64,000 nucleotides of DNA. Source: a bacterium. Lineage in GTDB: Bacteria; Armatimonadota; Chthonomonadetes; Chthonomonadales; JAMCWF01. Shown here piece by piece: positions 8,601 to 16,686 of this stretch. The notes under the pieces are model-generated. The model was not told the DNA's origin. It saw only the letters and a program-made list of their open reading frames with translations, and did not search any database. Position 1 is the stretch's first letter; each line of letters begins with the position of its first letter. A program made the translations under genes and the position numbers. The DNA is taken from the NCBI GenBank assembly GCA_021842405.1, contig JAKBZR010000003.1:6496-70495 (forward strand). Direction: 5' to 3'.

Positions 8601-11252
8601 TGGTCAGATCCGACTACCGGCGCCGAGGTGGTCTACTGTCCGGCCGGGTTGGAAGCCTTTAATACCGACGCTTACATGGAGTACCATACCGGATCGGGGC
8701 CGGCGCCGATGGCGTTCCGCAACAAACGGGCCGAGATCATGCACAACATCATCTGCTGGCTGAGAACCGGAACCGTTTTCGGCACCATCCGTAACTCAAA
8801 CGGCGGCACTCCGATCGCAAACGCGCTGGTTCGGGTCTGGAATAGCTACGATAGCAACGGTAAGCCAATTATTGTAGGCACCGGGAGAACCGATGCGAAT
8901 GGAAACTATAGCATTGATGGGTTGCCGCCGGCACCGTATATCATTCAGGCGTTTGAGCCCGGGTTTACCTACCAGCATGCAACTGCCTTTTTGGTACACG
9001 GTGCTACTCGAACTGAGATGAGTATCCTGATGAGTGCCGCCCCGCCGGCCAGTCTGACCGGTAAGGTCACTCAAACCGATGGAACCACCCCAATCGCCGG
9101 GGCGGTGGTGACGGCGACCGATAACTCGGATCCGACCGGTAACACTAAAGTTACAGCGACCACTGGCACCGACGGTACCTACACCATCGCGCAGCTTCCA
9201 TCGCAGACGACTTATACCTTATCGGTAACGGATCCAAGCTACGGGACGGCCATCGCGATCAACTCGGGGAATACTCCGCTCGGCAGCATCTATCCGGTGC
9301 CGAACCCGAACGATCCCAATCAGGCTCAACGGGATACGGTGGTGCAATCGGGGAAGAGCTATACCGGCTTTGACTTCGAATTGAAGGCGATACCGGGCAG
9401 CCTCTCCGGGGTCGTTTCCGATAAGAACACGGGCGCCGGAATTTCAGGGGCCACCGTGACCGCCACCTTCGGCTCGGAGACTCAAACCGCCACGACCAGC
9501 TCGAACGGCAGCTACACCTTTAGCGCGCTCGATCCGGGAACTTGGTCGTTGGTCGCATCGGCCGCCGGCTACACGCCGAATTCACCGGCGGTGACGGCCA
9601 GCGTGGTCAGCAACCAGACGACAACCGGCATCAACATCCAGTTGTTACCATCGGTGCCTGGAAGCCTGTCTGGACTGGTGACCCGCTCCAATGATGGCTC
9701 ACCGCTGAGCGGCGTTACGATTACCATCGTATCCGGATCCGTACAGCAGACGGTGGTGACCGGCCCGGTGCAGACTTCGGGCGGGTACCAGTACAACTAC
9801 AAGTTCAGCAGCGTACCGTCAAACTCCACCTTTACCGTTACCGCAGCCCTCAGTGGATTTACGGCGGTGCCGGCGAGCCAGAGCGCATCGGTGACGCCGA
9901 GTACCGAGACGCAGAACATCAACTTCGTGATGAACCCGCTGCATACCTTCCCAGGACCGCTGACGTTGATCTCGGCGCCTTATGACTATTCCGGCACCGA
10001 TGTGGCGCAGTTGCTGGGCATTCAAAATACCAGCCGGTTTTACTTTATAGGATGGGGGAACAACCAGTACATCTACTATCCAACCGCACCGGTCAATGCA
10101 CTGCACTTGGGCAACGGCTACTTTATGAGCTATCAGTCCAACATTGCCCTGTCGGTACAAGGGGCGGCGGCGCCCACCGATCAGATATTTAGCTTGCCGC
10201 TTAAAGCCGGTTGGAACCTGATGGGCGATCCGTTCCCGTTCTCGATTGACTGGCTGAAGGTACAGGTTCAATACAACGGGCAAACGCTGAGCTTACTCGA
10301 CGCGCAGACGCAAGGGCTGATCGGCGCCGCATTATGGACCTATCAATCCGGCCAGTATCAGTTGGCCTTTACATTAGAGCCATGGCTTGGAGACTGGGTG
10401 CAAGCCTTCCAACCGGTCACTCTGCTGATAGACCCGGTGAATGACCGAATTAACCGCAGCGTTCCGCCGCCGACCACCCGCGCGGAGCTGGTAGCGCCAT
10501 CCACCGGCTGGGATCTCAACATTAGCGTCAGTTCCGGTAACGGCCTGAGCGACGGCGGCGTCTATATCGGCGAGAGCAGAGCCGCCAGCAATGGCTTTGA
10601 TCGATTCAAAGCTCAAAAGCCGCCGGCCATCGGTCAGCAGTATGTATACGCCTACATCAGCCATTCGGATTGGGGAGCGCACTCCGGCGATTACGGTGTG
10701 GATATCCGCTCTGAATCGGTGGCGCAAAAGCAATGGGATATCTCGGTTGAATCCAACACCGGTAATGCGCCGATCACATTACAATGGCCTGACGCAGCGC
10801 TAATTCCGCACGGGCAGGATATAATTTTAACCGATGAGCAGACCGGCACGACGAGGGATTTACGCAGCAGCTCCGGCTACACCTATCAGCCCGGCAGCGG
10901 AGCGGTCACCCGCAAGTTCACAATTAAGGTAGTGCCGGCAACCAGCGGCGATCTTAGGATCGTAAACCTGACCGCGCAGCCGCAGCCCGGGAGAAGCGAA
11001 GGGGTTGCCATCTCCTTCGACCTGACGGCAACCGCCAATGTAAATGTTAAGATACTGAACGGCGAAAGCCAGACGGTGCGGACACTGAACGTCGAGCAGA
11101 GCCGCGCGCCGGGCAACCAGCAGATCGTGTGGGATGGCCGGGATAATCAGGGACGTGCTCTGCCGTCCGGTATGTATATCATCGAGGTTCAAGCGATCGG
11201 CAACAATAGCGCTCAAGTGAAGGCGATTACACCGATCCTCTTGAATCGCTAA
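5694..11252 (+). CDS. Giant secreted protein with an N-terminal TolB-like PD40 beta-propeller, an unassigned central region, four CarboxypepD_reg-like repeats and the shared C-terminal module ending in a FlgD-Ig-like domain
   Basis: The ORF opens at GTG 5658. TTG 5694 is preferred as the start because the RBS AAGGGAGG lies 8 nt upstream and the N-terminus becomes MKRLKLVNVLLLTLVSAAFVFQG, a signal peptide. PD40-type repeats are visible (DKDPFWTKDEQYIYFSSNR, DKDPTLDPTGTLIAFDSNR, NIDPAWS..LIAFSSTR, DLHPTWP..RIAYQSDR). CarboxypepD_reg-like repeats are visible (GTIRNSNGGTPIANALVRV..TDANGNYSI, and others). The terminal motif is VWDGRDNQGRALPSGMYIIEV. Confidence 0.8.
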   Translation: MKRLKLVNVLLLTLVSAAFVFQGQQTEASPRFSKLIPATGNFNLFRNHQKPFIGPGVQILPSDTLRALRPGRAIQAPVQTINLTKSPLADDKDPFWTKDEQYIYFSSNRISASNPAAGALYHIYRINASDGSDLTQISGMNTYANDNQTSPAANLGGNYLVYIDRGPSGVDIVLRNLVSDTTQSLIKNNNLAPAFTDVNHPEFMSASDVMFSGQVGVGTPYHLYSVNIQTGQVPQLTTGAATDKDPTLDPTGTLIAFDSNRLANDGSTVNPDGHFDIWTMTTNPAAPNFTKLTNFEVGGVYASNIDPAWSTNKVDTTTGPDGQPLVNGRQLIAFSSTRYDSTGNGHADAVGATYHIYWMPAMPEGPTNQALKLNTNDPNNKYNDLHPTWPQFINTYRIAYQSDRIDTDFRFPPTSPPGSPQDLFASTIVDLHAPTLVAYNTITDEIVHVSPRLATPGSTVTFTVKVADFETGVNGVYIRIKNPNSKYQQNSGVEHKMFMDTPVSPDGTNTVYWPEEFDCQRIYASPGPQQYTYHDVQYIASIDDFYAFSGSSSPPDPAWIKLTQTGTDADGNEIWSGSWVTPPQETDYIIDVIAYDNAVDTFNPVNKENWKIYDNIWGFSTKPFVASKGILFVSDYSSGQKFFQTKLGLNTLVNVGFTFWGTESWLTDFDVRLLPNEYFPPNNGTPGPIDLDQNRSIGDTLGVDSYVDSLNDDGIYVDGYADPSSQQYNIWRIQCRGPIPDSVLGQYLPHTEQQPPDTIDGETTPRAVLVAPRCVIWNAPYAGDLWTGPGTITDLSTQAQLAAFIAAGGRLFVNGEDVGWALTQDGTFANSFFTNDLKATFIADTYNVGTLSYLFSVNAQIKALFIVDPQNLLGAQGAPNPISHDPWQGTYNAIAHVDNVHNYYNYANNPATYDPPDLVKPYLVAGTDPLHIRNLGAFNELFPDHVGVTNGSILDCNYGGESTTAALLHWSDPTTGAEVVYCPAGLEAFNTDAYMEYHTGSGPAPMAFRNKRAEIMHNIICWLRTGTVFGTIRNSNGGTPIANALVRVWNSYDSNGKPIIVGTGRTDANGNYSIDGLPPAPYIIQAFEPGFTYQHATAFLVHGATRTEMSILMSAAPPASLTGKVTQTDGTTPIAGAVVTATDNSDPTGNTKVTATTGTDGTYTIAQLPSQTTYTLSVTDPSYGTAIAINSGNTPLGSIYPVPNPNDPNQAQRDTVVQSGKSYTGFDFELKAIPGSLSGVVSDKNTGAGISGATVTATFGSETQTATTSSNGSYTFSALDPGTWSLVASAAGYTPNSPAVTASVVSNQTTTGINIQLLPSVPGSLSGLVTRSNDGSPLSGVTITIVSGSVQQTVVTGPVQTSGGYQYNYKFSSVPSNSTFTVTAALSGFTAVPASQSASVTPSTETQNINFVMNPLHTFPGPLTLISAPYDYSGTDVAQLLGIQNTSRFYFIGWGNNQYIYYPTAPVNALHLGNGYFMSYQSNIALSVQGAAAPTDQIFSLPLKAGWNLMGDPFPFSIDWLKVQVQYNGQTLSLLDAQTQGLIGAALWTYQSGQYQLAFTLEPWLGDWVQAFQPVTLLIDPVNDRINRSVPPPTTRAELVAPSTGWDLNISVSSGNGLSDGGVYIGESRAASNGFDRFKAQKPPAIGQQYVYAYISHSDWGAHSGDYGVDIRSESVAQKQWDISVESNTGNAPITLQWPDAALIPHGQDIILTDEQTGTTRDLRSSSGYTYQPGSGAVTRKFTIKVVPATSGDLRIVNLTAQPQPGRSEGVAISFDLTATANVNVKILNGESQTVRTLNVEQSRAPGNQQIVWDGRDNQGRALPSGMYIIEVQAIGNNSAQVKAITPILLNR

Positions 11253-11401
11253 AATAACGATTAAGGAAGCAACTCGACGCTCTTCGGTAGGGGTGTCGTG
11301 ATCGGGAACGAAAATTGTCAGGTATTAGTGACGTTTGCCGGAAGGTGTGTCCGGCCAGCATAAATAATTGCCACACTGTCACTGAGGGAGGACATATCAG
11401 A

Positions 11402-13378
11402 GTGAAAATGACCAGAAAGAGTATGGGTAGTTGGTTACGGCGCCTGGTGCAAAAAGCTGTACCGCTACTCCTGCCCCTAAGCGGACTGGTCGTGCCGGCA
11501 GCGGCAAATGCGCAAGCGGCGCAAGGATCAGTTCAGACGGTGATCATTATTGACTTTCAAAATAAGTCGGGCACCGGAGCTGCATTAGCAAAGTTTGCGA
11601 CCGATGCAGTGGCAGTGGAATTAGCCAATTCCGGACGTTTTGAGGTTTTAAAACGGAATGAGGTTACCCGACAGGCGAAACAGCTCGGGATGGTACCGCC
11701 GTACGATAATATCGCGTTGACCAAGCTAGCCCAGGCGCTTGCTGCCAATGATATTATCACCGGTGAGATTGCCTTCGCCGATATCTATACGAAAAAAGGC
11801 CCTAAAACGGCAAGGGTCGGTCTGCTGGTCAAAATGAGATCGGGCGCTTCATCCGATCTCATAAATGGAGCGGCTGCAGTGGGTACCGCTACGGCGCCGC
11901 CCGGTGGAACCGATGACCTGACGCTTTTGCAGGAAGCGGTCAGCAACGCGGCTTATGAGGCGGTTCGCAGTATGCTCGCCTACAACCTTCCGGAAGGCAC
12001 CGTTTTGAACACGGTTGGATCTCCGCCCAACATCACTATCCTCATCAATCGAGGTTCACGGGATGGTGTTAAAGAGGGTATGGAGATGATCGTGCTCCGA
12101 AATAATATTAAGGTCGGCACGATCCGCGTCACCACCGTATATCCAACCGATTCGGAGGCCTCCGTAGTTAACTATACGATGGGTATCTCACCGGAGGACC
12201 ACGTCAGAGCGATTTTTATGATGCCGACCTTTACCGCCAATGAAGAAGTTGCTGGGCCGAAACCAGCGCAGCGGAAAGGGGCTATTTTCAGCAATATTGG
12301 TAAGATCGTGCTGGCCCTGCTGCTGGGCGTTGTTATCGTGGCGGCTGCCGGCGGCCATAACACCTCTGTAACTGGCGTGACTGCGCAGGCCGCATTGGAC
12401 GGTGCCACCCCGATCGTGCAGATGCAGTGGAGAGACAACGCGTTTGGAAGCGGCACGGTGCTGGAATATCATATTTGGCGGGTACCCGGCAATGGGTTTG
12501 CCCGAACGGCCGACCCGGTTGCAACCGCGCCGGCCGGCAGCCCGCGCTATACTGATTATCCGGTAGGCGCGCCGCAACAGCCGATCGGTTTCTGGGATGG
12601 AACTAAGCAATTCTTGCAGGTGCCATTGAGCACCACCAGCGGCAGCACCTCATCCGGCACATCGGCTTCCTTGGTAACTCCGAAGGCGGGCGCGGTGCCT
12701 GGGTTTACCGTCGGGCAAACTTATACCTATCAGATATCGGCGGTTATCCGCCGTCAATTGATAACCGGTACCGGGGGCGGTGGAACCGGCACTGGAATCG
12801 GCACCGGAGGGGGAGGCGGTACGGGAACTGGAATTGGCACCGGTACGGGGACTGGTGGCGGTACCGGGACGACTACGAGCGGCACTGAAGATTTAGAGAC
12901 GGATCCGGTCAGCTCGGGGCCGGTGACACCGCTTAATATGCCGGTTTTGGTCAGTCCAACCGATGGCGCAACGAACGTACCGGCTACGGCGGCGGTATTC
13001 ACTTGGTTGAGCAGAACCGGCGCCGATACCTTCCAGGTGGAGGTATCTCAAGATCCGACGTTTACCAATCCATCCTTGATCATTCAAACCCGCGTTCTTT
13101 CCACCAGTCCTTTTGCAGATGGAGTGGCGCAAACGAGCCCGCCGATCAATCTTTCGAACCTGCCGGCGGTCAAGTCGTTTCTTAACGCAACGGCGGGGTC
13201 CAATCCGCAGCCGCCGCAGCTTTACTGGAGGGTGGGCGCCCGGCATGCGGCCGATCAACCGGGGCCGGCAGACTGGCTGCAGCCGATGAACATTAAGGCG
13301 GGCGATAACAACTTCCGGTTTATATACAGCACGATTCGCGGATTTAAGCCGGCATTGCTGCCGCCGCCGGCGCCGTAG
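11402..13378 (+). CDS. Envelope protein with a signal peptide, an LpoB/CsgG/TolB-N-like alpha/beta domain, a small beta-barrel domain, one internal TM helix, an FN3/Ig-like domain, a Gly-Thr linker and a second Ig-like domain
   Basis: The ORF opens at 11315. GTG 11402 lies 9 nt after the RBS GAGGGAGGA, and ATG 11408 is an alternative. The signal peptide is LLLPLSGLVVPAAANAQA. The alpha/beta domain begins VIIIDFQNKSGTGAALAKFATDAVAVELANSGRFEVL. The TM segment is IGKIVLALLLGVVIVAAAGG. Confidence 0.6.
   Translation: MKMTRKSMGSWLRRLVQKAVPLLLPLSGLVVPAAANAQAAQGSVQTVIIIDFQNKSGTGAALAKFATDAVAVELANSGRFEVLKRNEVTRQAKQLGMVPPYDNIALTKLAQALAANDIITGEIAFADIYTKKGPKTARVGLLVKMRSGASSDLINGAAAVGTATAPPGGTDDLTLLQEAVSNAAYEAVRSMLAYNLPEGTVLNTVGSPPNITILINRGSRDGVKEGMEMIVLRNNIKVGTIRVTTVYPTDSEASVVNYTMGISPEDHVRAIFMMPTFTANEEVAGPKPAQRKGAIFSNIGKIVLALLLGVVIVAAAGGHNTSVTGVTAQAALDGATPIVQMQWRDNAFGSGTVLEYHIWRVPGNGFARTADPVATAPAGSPRYTDYPVGAPQQPIGFWDGTKQFLQVPLSTTSGSTSSGTSASLVTPKAGAVPGFTVGQTYTYQISAVIRRQLITGTGGGGTGTGIGTGGGGGTGTGIGTGTGTGGGTGTTTSGTEDLETDPVSSGPVTPLNMPVLVSPTDGATNVPATAAVFTWLSRTGADTFQVEVSQDPTFTNPSLIIQTRVLSTSPFADGVAQTSPPINLSNLPAVKSFLNATAGSNPQPPQLYWRVGARHAADQPGPADWLQPMNIKAGDNNFRFIYSTIRGFKPALLPPPAP
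12764..12880 (+). repeat. In-frame Gly/Thr-rich low-complexity tract containing an internal duplication (GGGTGTGIGTG x2)
   Basis: Codons were read directly: TGTGGGGTGTGIGTGGGGGTGTGIGTGTGTGGGTGTTTSGT. The tract is built from GGN/ACN hexanucleotide units. Confidence 0.8.
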
Positions 13379-13390
13379 CGACCCGATAAC

Positions 13391-13423
13391 GCATCCGGGT
13401 GATTGGTTCATTCACCCGGATGC
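13391..13423 (+). terminator. Stem-loop with a 12-bp perfect stem GCATCCGGGTGA/TCACCCGGATGC and a 9-nt loop
   Basis: The stem-loop lies 13 nt downstream of the stop at 13378. No T-tract follows, so it may act as an attenuator or processing site rather than a full terminator. Confidence 0.45.
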
Positions 13424-13518
13424 GAAGATAATGACGACCAATCGGGTGGACCGATTTCGACGATCAGGAAGAATTGTCTAATTATGAATTCTAGGCGTGG
13501 GTTTGGGGAGGAGTCCGA

Positions 13519-16500
13519 GTGATGAGGCTTCGATACAACGTACCACTTAAAATTGCACTCTGTGCGGCGCTCATGGCGTTCTTGGGGAATGTATCCGCTG
13601 CCGCCGTTCCAACTGGCGGGCGCGCGGCGGCGCCGTCTTTTGTGCCGGGTCAAATTCTTATCACCGTGCCGGCGAACACTAGCGCCGCTCAGGTTCAGTC
13701 CCTGGCTCAATCGGCCGGCGCAACCGTCAAAGAATCGCTGGGCACGGTAGACAAGGATAACTCCTGGGCATGTTACCTATTGCAGTTAACGTTAGCATCC
13801 CCAACTTCATCCGACACTCTCACTGCGGTTCAAAACTTGAAGAGCAACCCGCTCGTTCACTTCGCCGGGCCGGATAAATTATTATATCCAACCCAGGTAC
13901 CGGCCGGAATCACACCCAACGACCCGCTTTATACCTATCAGTGGGACATGCGCTTAATTAACATGCCGGCCGCCTGGCTATTGCAACAGGGCAGCTCCAA
14001 TGTAACCGTATGCGTATTGGATGATGGAGTCGATGTTACCCATCCCGAATTTGCCGGGCGCGTGTTGACCGGCTATAACGCGGCGGATGGCAGCACTAAT
14101 GTAATGCCCGATACCCCTACATCTACCTTACCGATTGATGAAACTTCACACGGAACTCATGTGGCTGGAATTGCGATGGCGACCGGTAACAATAATATTG
14201 GAATTGCCGGCGTTGCTATGCAAAATGTTAAATTACTACCAGTAAAAGCCGTTGATGCCAATCTTCTTTTTCCCGAAGATTACTTAGTGAAAGCGATGCA
14301 GTTCATCAATGCACAAAAGCCAACCGTAGTAAACATGAGCTTGGGTGGGCCGGCTACATCTGATACCTACGATCCAACTGATCCATTTGCTCAAGATATT
14401 ATTAAGGCGGAATCGGAGGGAATTGTCGTTGTCATCGCGGCAGGGAACAACTATCTATTAGGAAACCCTCCTTTTTATCCTGCTAATACGCCTGGGGTTG
14501 TTTGTGTCACTTCGTGCGGACCCAATAAGGAGCATGCCGTCTATTCGGAAGTGCGTCCTTACTCAACCATCTGTGCCCCCGGTGGCGATGATCCAACCTT
14601 TTCAAACCCATTAACTTTGCAAATTACAAGCTGCTGGCAGGGCGGTATTTATGGTCAGGAGCAGGGAACCTCGATGGCGGCGCCCCACGTCGCAGGAGCT
14701 ATCGCACTTTTACTTTCTGTTCCGGGAGTGACCCCGGATCAGGCCATCAGCGCCATTGAATCAACCGCCGATACGGTCGGGCAAACGGTTCCAAATCCGA
14801 CCTACGGCTACGGCGTGCTGGATGTGTATGCGGCACTTTTGAAGGTCAGCGTATCAACTCTTATCATATCACCGCAGGGTACCGGAGGGCTTGCTTCCAG
14901 TTCGGGGACTTTTACCACCCCGCAACCGGTGGATACTTTAAATCCAATGTTGAAATTTCAGGTCAGCCTGGTTCCGCTGTCCTCGCTTTCCATAACGGTT
15001 GATGGAAATCCGGTTCCAAGTACCACCATTCAGAATAGCGTCATATCGGGCACGCCCGGAGAGCGATATATCATCGGGTTTCACCAGGTGCTTAATCCCG
15101 GAAGCCATACCGTCGTGATCACCGGTGTAAACCCGACAACCGGACAGACCGCCACCGATACCCGGACCTTTACCGTTTCGCCGCACGTCATGCCGGCGGG
15201 ACGATCGTTGGTTTCTATTCCCTATTTACAAGCCGGTGCAATCCCCCAAACCTACTTCGGGTTGACCTTCAGGCTGGCGCGCTGGGAATCGAGCAGCGCT
15301 CAATATGCCTTTTACAATGGGAGCGGGCAGCAAGATCCAAACGCATCCTTCAACCCGCCCAGCAACGCTCCGTTTCAAAACGTAACCAACCAGCCGGTAG
15401 CGCCGCTCGGACTCGGATACTTTTTAGATGCTCAGAATGCGACCCCCATTTTAACGACCGGAGTGGGAGAGGATTCACAGCCGATATCCATACCCCTACA
15501 ACCGGGCTGGAACATGATCGGTGATCCGATGGACTTTGCGGTTTCCTGGAATGCCCTACTAGTTACAGATAATGGGGTAACCATGCCGATCCAAGACGCG
15601 GCAAGCAAGGGCTATATCAATGCCAGCCTATACAGTTTCGTGAACGGTCAATACACCTTCGATACATTGCCGGCCGGTTCGCTGCAGCCCTGGCTTGGGA
15701 ATTGGGTTTTCGTTGATCCAACCTATGCGCCAAACGGGCTCACATTGGTGGTGCCGCCGACGCCGACCGCTACAACCTCCCGGGCCGCAGCGGTGACCGG
15801 ACCCAGCCTAGGCTCAAGCGGATGGTACGTACAACTGCAGGCTACCGCCGGCTCGATGGCGGATAGCTACAATTTCATCGGTGAGAGCAGCCGGGCAATC
15901 AACGGTCCGGATCAATTGAAAGTGCCCAAGCCGCCCATGCTGTCTCCGTTCGTGACCGTCGAAATTCAGCACAATGATTGGGGCAGCCAATCCGGAGTAT
16001 ATGCGGAAGACATTCGATCACGCAGCATCGTTCCACAGGCGTGGAATGTGCTGGTGAATACCGATAAAACCGATGTTCCGGTGACTTTAAGTTGGTTGCA
16101 CATACAGAGCGTACCGAGAAATATCCGCCTGACATTGAAGGATTTGGCGACCGGCCAGACTTACGATATGAGAACACGAAGCTCAGTAACCTTTAACTCC
16201 GGAAATGCCAAGCAGGCTCACGAATACGTAATCCGGTCAGTTACTCAACCGCTGGGCGCTCATCTGATCATATCGGGCCTCAGCGTGGCGCCAACGCGAG
16301 GTGGTGGTTATGGCATCAACTACAGCATCTCTGAGAATGCGACGGTTGAGGTGACGATCGTTTCGGCAAGCGGTAACGTGGTGGCAACGGTCGGATCATC
16401 GAGAGCGATAACGGCGGGTAATACGACGTTGGTTTGGAATGGCCGCGACCAGAAAGGGACCTCGGTTCCCAGCGGAGCCTACATTGCCAAGGTCCATGCG

Positions 16501-16560
16501 ATCGTGCAATCTTCGGATCAAAGTGCAAACGCGGTGGTGCCATTCATTGTCATACGATAG
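13519..16560 (+). CDS. Secreted subtilisin-family (S8) serine peptidase with an I9-like propeptide, fused to the shared C-terminal module
   Basis: The start is GTG 13519 or ATG 13522, after the RBS GGGGAGGAG. The signal peptide is ALCAALMAFLGNVSAAA. The catalytic triad motifs are VCVLDDGVD, SHGTHVAGIA and GTSMAAPHVAGAIALLLS. The C-terminus carries VWNGRDQKGTSVPSGAYIAKV. Confidence 0.88.
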   Translation: MMRLRYNVPLKIALCAALMAFLGNVSAAAVPTGGRAAAPSFVPGQILITVPANTSAAQVQSLAQSAGATVKESLGTVDKDNSWACYLLQLTLASPTSSDTLTAVQNLKSNPLVHFAGPDKLLYPTQVPAGITPNDPLYTYQWDMRLINMPAAWLLQQGSSNVTVCVLDDGVDVTHPEFAGRVLTGYNAADGSTNVMPDTPTSTLPIDETSHGTHVAGIAMATGNNNIGIAGVAMQNVKLLPVKAVDANLLFPEDYLVKAMQFINAQKPTVVNMSLGGPATSDTYDPTDPFAQDIIKAESEGIVVVIAAGNNYLLGNPPFYPANTPGVVCVTSCGPNKEHAVYSEVRPYSTICAPGGDDPTFSNPLTLQITSCWQGGIYGQEQGTSMAAPHVAGAIALLLSVPGVTPDQAISAIESTADTVGQTVPNPTYGYGVLDVYAALLKVSVSTLIISPQGTGGLASSSGTFTTPQPVDTLNPMLKFQVSLVPLSSLSITVDGNPVPSTTIQNSVISGTPGERYIIGFHQVLNPGSHTVVITGVNPTTGQTATDTRTFTVSPHVMPAGRSLVSIPYLQAGAIPQTYFGLTFRLARWESSSAQYAFYNGSGQQDPNASFNPPSNAPFQNVTNQPVAPLGLGYFLDAQNATPILTTGVGEDSQPISIPLQPGWNMIGDPMDFAVSWNALLVTDNGVTMPIQDAASKGYINASLYSFVNGQYTFDTLPAGSLQPWLGNWVFVDPTYAPNGLTLVVPPTPTATTSRAAAVTGPSLGSSGWYVQLQATAGSMADSYNFIGESSRAINGPDQLKVPKPPMLSPFVTVEIQHNDWGSQSGVYAEDIRSRSIVPQAWNVLVNTDKTDVPVTLSWLHIQSVPRNIRLTLKDLATGQTYDMRTRSSVTFNSGNAKQAHEYVIRSVTQPLGAHLIISGLSVAPTRGGGYGINYSISENATVEVTIVSASGNVVATVGSSRAITAGNTTLVWNGRDQKGTSVPSGAYIAKVHAIVQSSDQSANAVVPFIVIR

Positions 16561-16686
16561 TGATCGTTTAATCGCTGATCAGCGAGGCGTATGCCGTTTA
16601 AGGCCGCTAAGTATAAGGGGCCGGCGAGTGAGTCCCATAAGCGGCAGCGGAGAATGCGTTCAACGTTTGAGGGAGGATCAGTTTCG

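Noticed and set aside
12754-13002. The PVPVPVP-rich ORF. The similar ORF at 16944-17213 was considered with it.
   Set aside because: Both are reverse-complement readings of the Gly-Thr (GGN-ACN) repeat tracts and are not independent genes.
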